Positions 27,408 to 27,995 of a stretch of DNA of 27,995 nt are shown in pieces (position 1 is the first letter of the stretch; the number at the start of each line of letters is the position of its first letter). Made by a program: the position numbers and the translations under genes. The notes beneath the pieces were generated by a model. It searched no databases. It saw only the letters and a list, made by a program, of their open reading frames with translations, and was not told the DNA's origin. Source of the stretch: Actinomycetes bacterium (GTDB lineage Bacteria; Actinomycetota; Acidimicrobiia; Acidimicrobiales; Palsa-688). The stretch lies in contig JAKAWM010000001.1 in assembly GCA_021827285.1 (NCBI GenBank), positions 1-27,995 of the forward strand, written 5' to 3'.

Positions 27408-27995
27408 GTGCGTCGAGCGTGCCTGTTGCTTACAGCTCTGGCCGGTTCGCTGACGGTGGCTACTTCCGCACCGCTAGCCAGTGCCAGCACGTTGCCCAAA
27501 CCGGGAATCTGGTCGGCTATCGCGCCGGCCATCGACGGTCCCAAAGCCGTCCACCACACGGTGGTCAACTTCTGGGTGGTCGGTTCCAAGGTCGAAAACT
27601 GGGGTGGTGCCAACGCGCCGCTGGCCGGCGGTGTGGTGGCTAACGTCGGGGGCGAATCGTTCTGCTCGGCGCTTTTCGAGTACCCGAGCGTCGCCATACA
27701 TGGCGGTTCTTTTTCGGGCACCCTCCCGCTGGCCGGCGGCAAAGTCATCTTCAAGGGGACGTTCACGAGCGCCACGACTGCCGAGGGGTCATGGGAGGAA
27801 ACTGGCCCCTGCTACACACACGTGATCGTCTGGACGGCCAAGGCCGGTGGCAAAGCCCCGACCGGTGTCAACCCAACGACCGGGGCACCGGTACAGTCTT
27901 CTGGTGGCAGATGCTCGCCCCAACCCTGTGGCAACAACGCGGGCGTGATCACCTACGTGAGCGCGCTCGACCGCCACGCCGTTGGCCCCAACGGC
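27408..27995 (+). CDS. Secreted hypothetical protein, 3' end outside window (absent from the ORF track)
   Basis: GGAGG at 27399-27403 before GTG 27408. My translation is open for 196 codons to the window end: MRRACLLLTALAGSLTVATSAPLASA|STLPKPGIWSA...FSGTLPLAGGKVIFKGTFTSATTAEGSWEETGPC... Confidence 0.8.
   Translation, partial: MRRACLLLTALAGSLTVATSAPLASASTLPKPGIWSAIAPAIDGPKAVHHTVVNFWVVGSKVENWGGANAPLAGGVVANVGGESFCSALFEYPSVAIHGGSFSGTLPLAGGKVIFKGTFTSATTAEGSWEETGPCYTHVIVWTAKAGGKAPTGVNPTTGAPVQSSGGRCSPQPCGNNAGVITYVSALDRHAVGPNG

Overview
High-GC bacterial chromosomal window (about two-thirds GC by eye). It is most likely from an actinomycetote, possibly Acidimicrobiia; that is an inference from protein style, not a search. 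Left arm (1-6.4 kb): SixA-type phosphatase (cut by the window edge), a divergent enolase, a radical SAM/SPASM enzyme, a PNPOx-like flavin-binding protein, a canonical C2H2 zinc finger fused to a truncated baeRF3-like release-factor domain, and fumC. The enolase/radical SAM and PNPOx promoter regions carry DosR/DevR-like boxes, suggesting a hypoxia/dormancy module. Middle (6.5-11.8 kb): NlpC/P60 hydrolase, a decayed C5 DNA methyltransferase remnant, and a DMT transporter / ArsB-NhaD-like permease / universal stress protein run on the minus strand. 12.7-23.9 kb: a same-strand beta-glycan utilisation locus. It contains a ROK regulator, a GH1 gene broken by one amber codon at a conserved Trp, a sugar ABC binding protein without a lipobox, two permeases, a cytoplasmic GH5, and a secreted GH5 whose catalytic barrel is split by three inserted CBM32/F5-8C modules and followed by three more. 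Right end: a large repeat-built surface protein with twin Cys-containing C-terminal domains, a 67-aa membrane protein, and a secreted protein running off the window that the ORF track missed. No rRNA, tRNA, CRISPR array or transposase was seen. All family assignments come from motif recognition and memory, without database searches.
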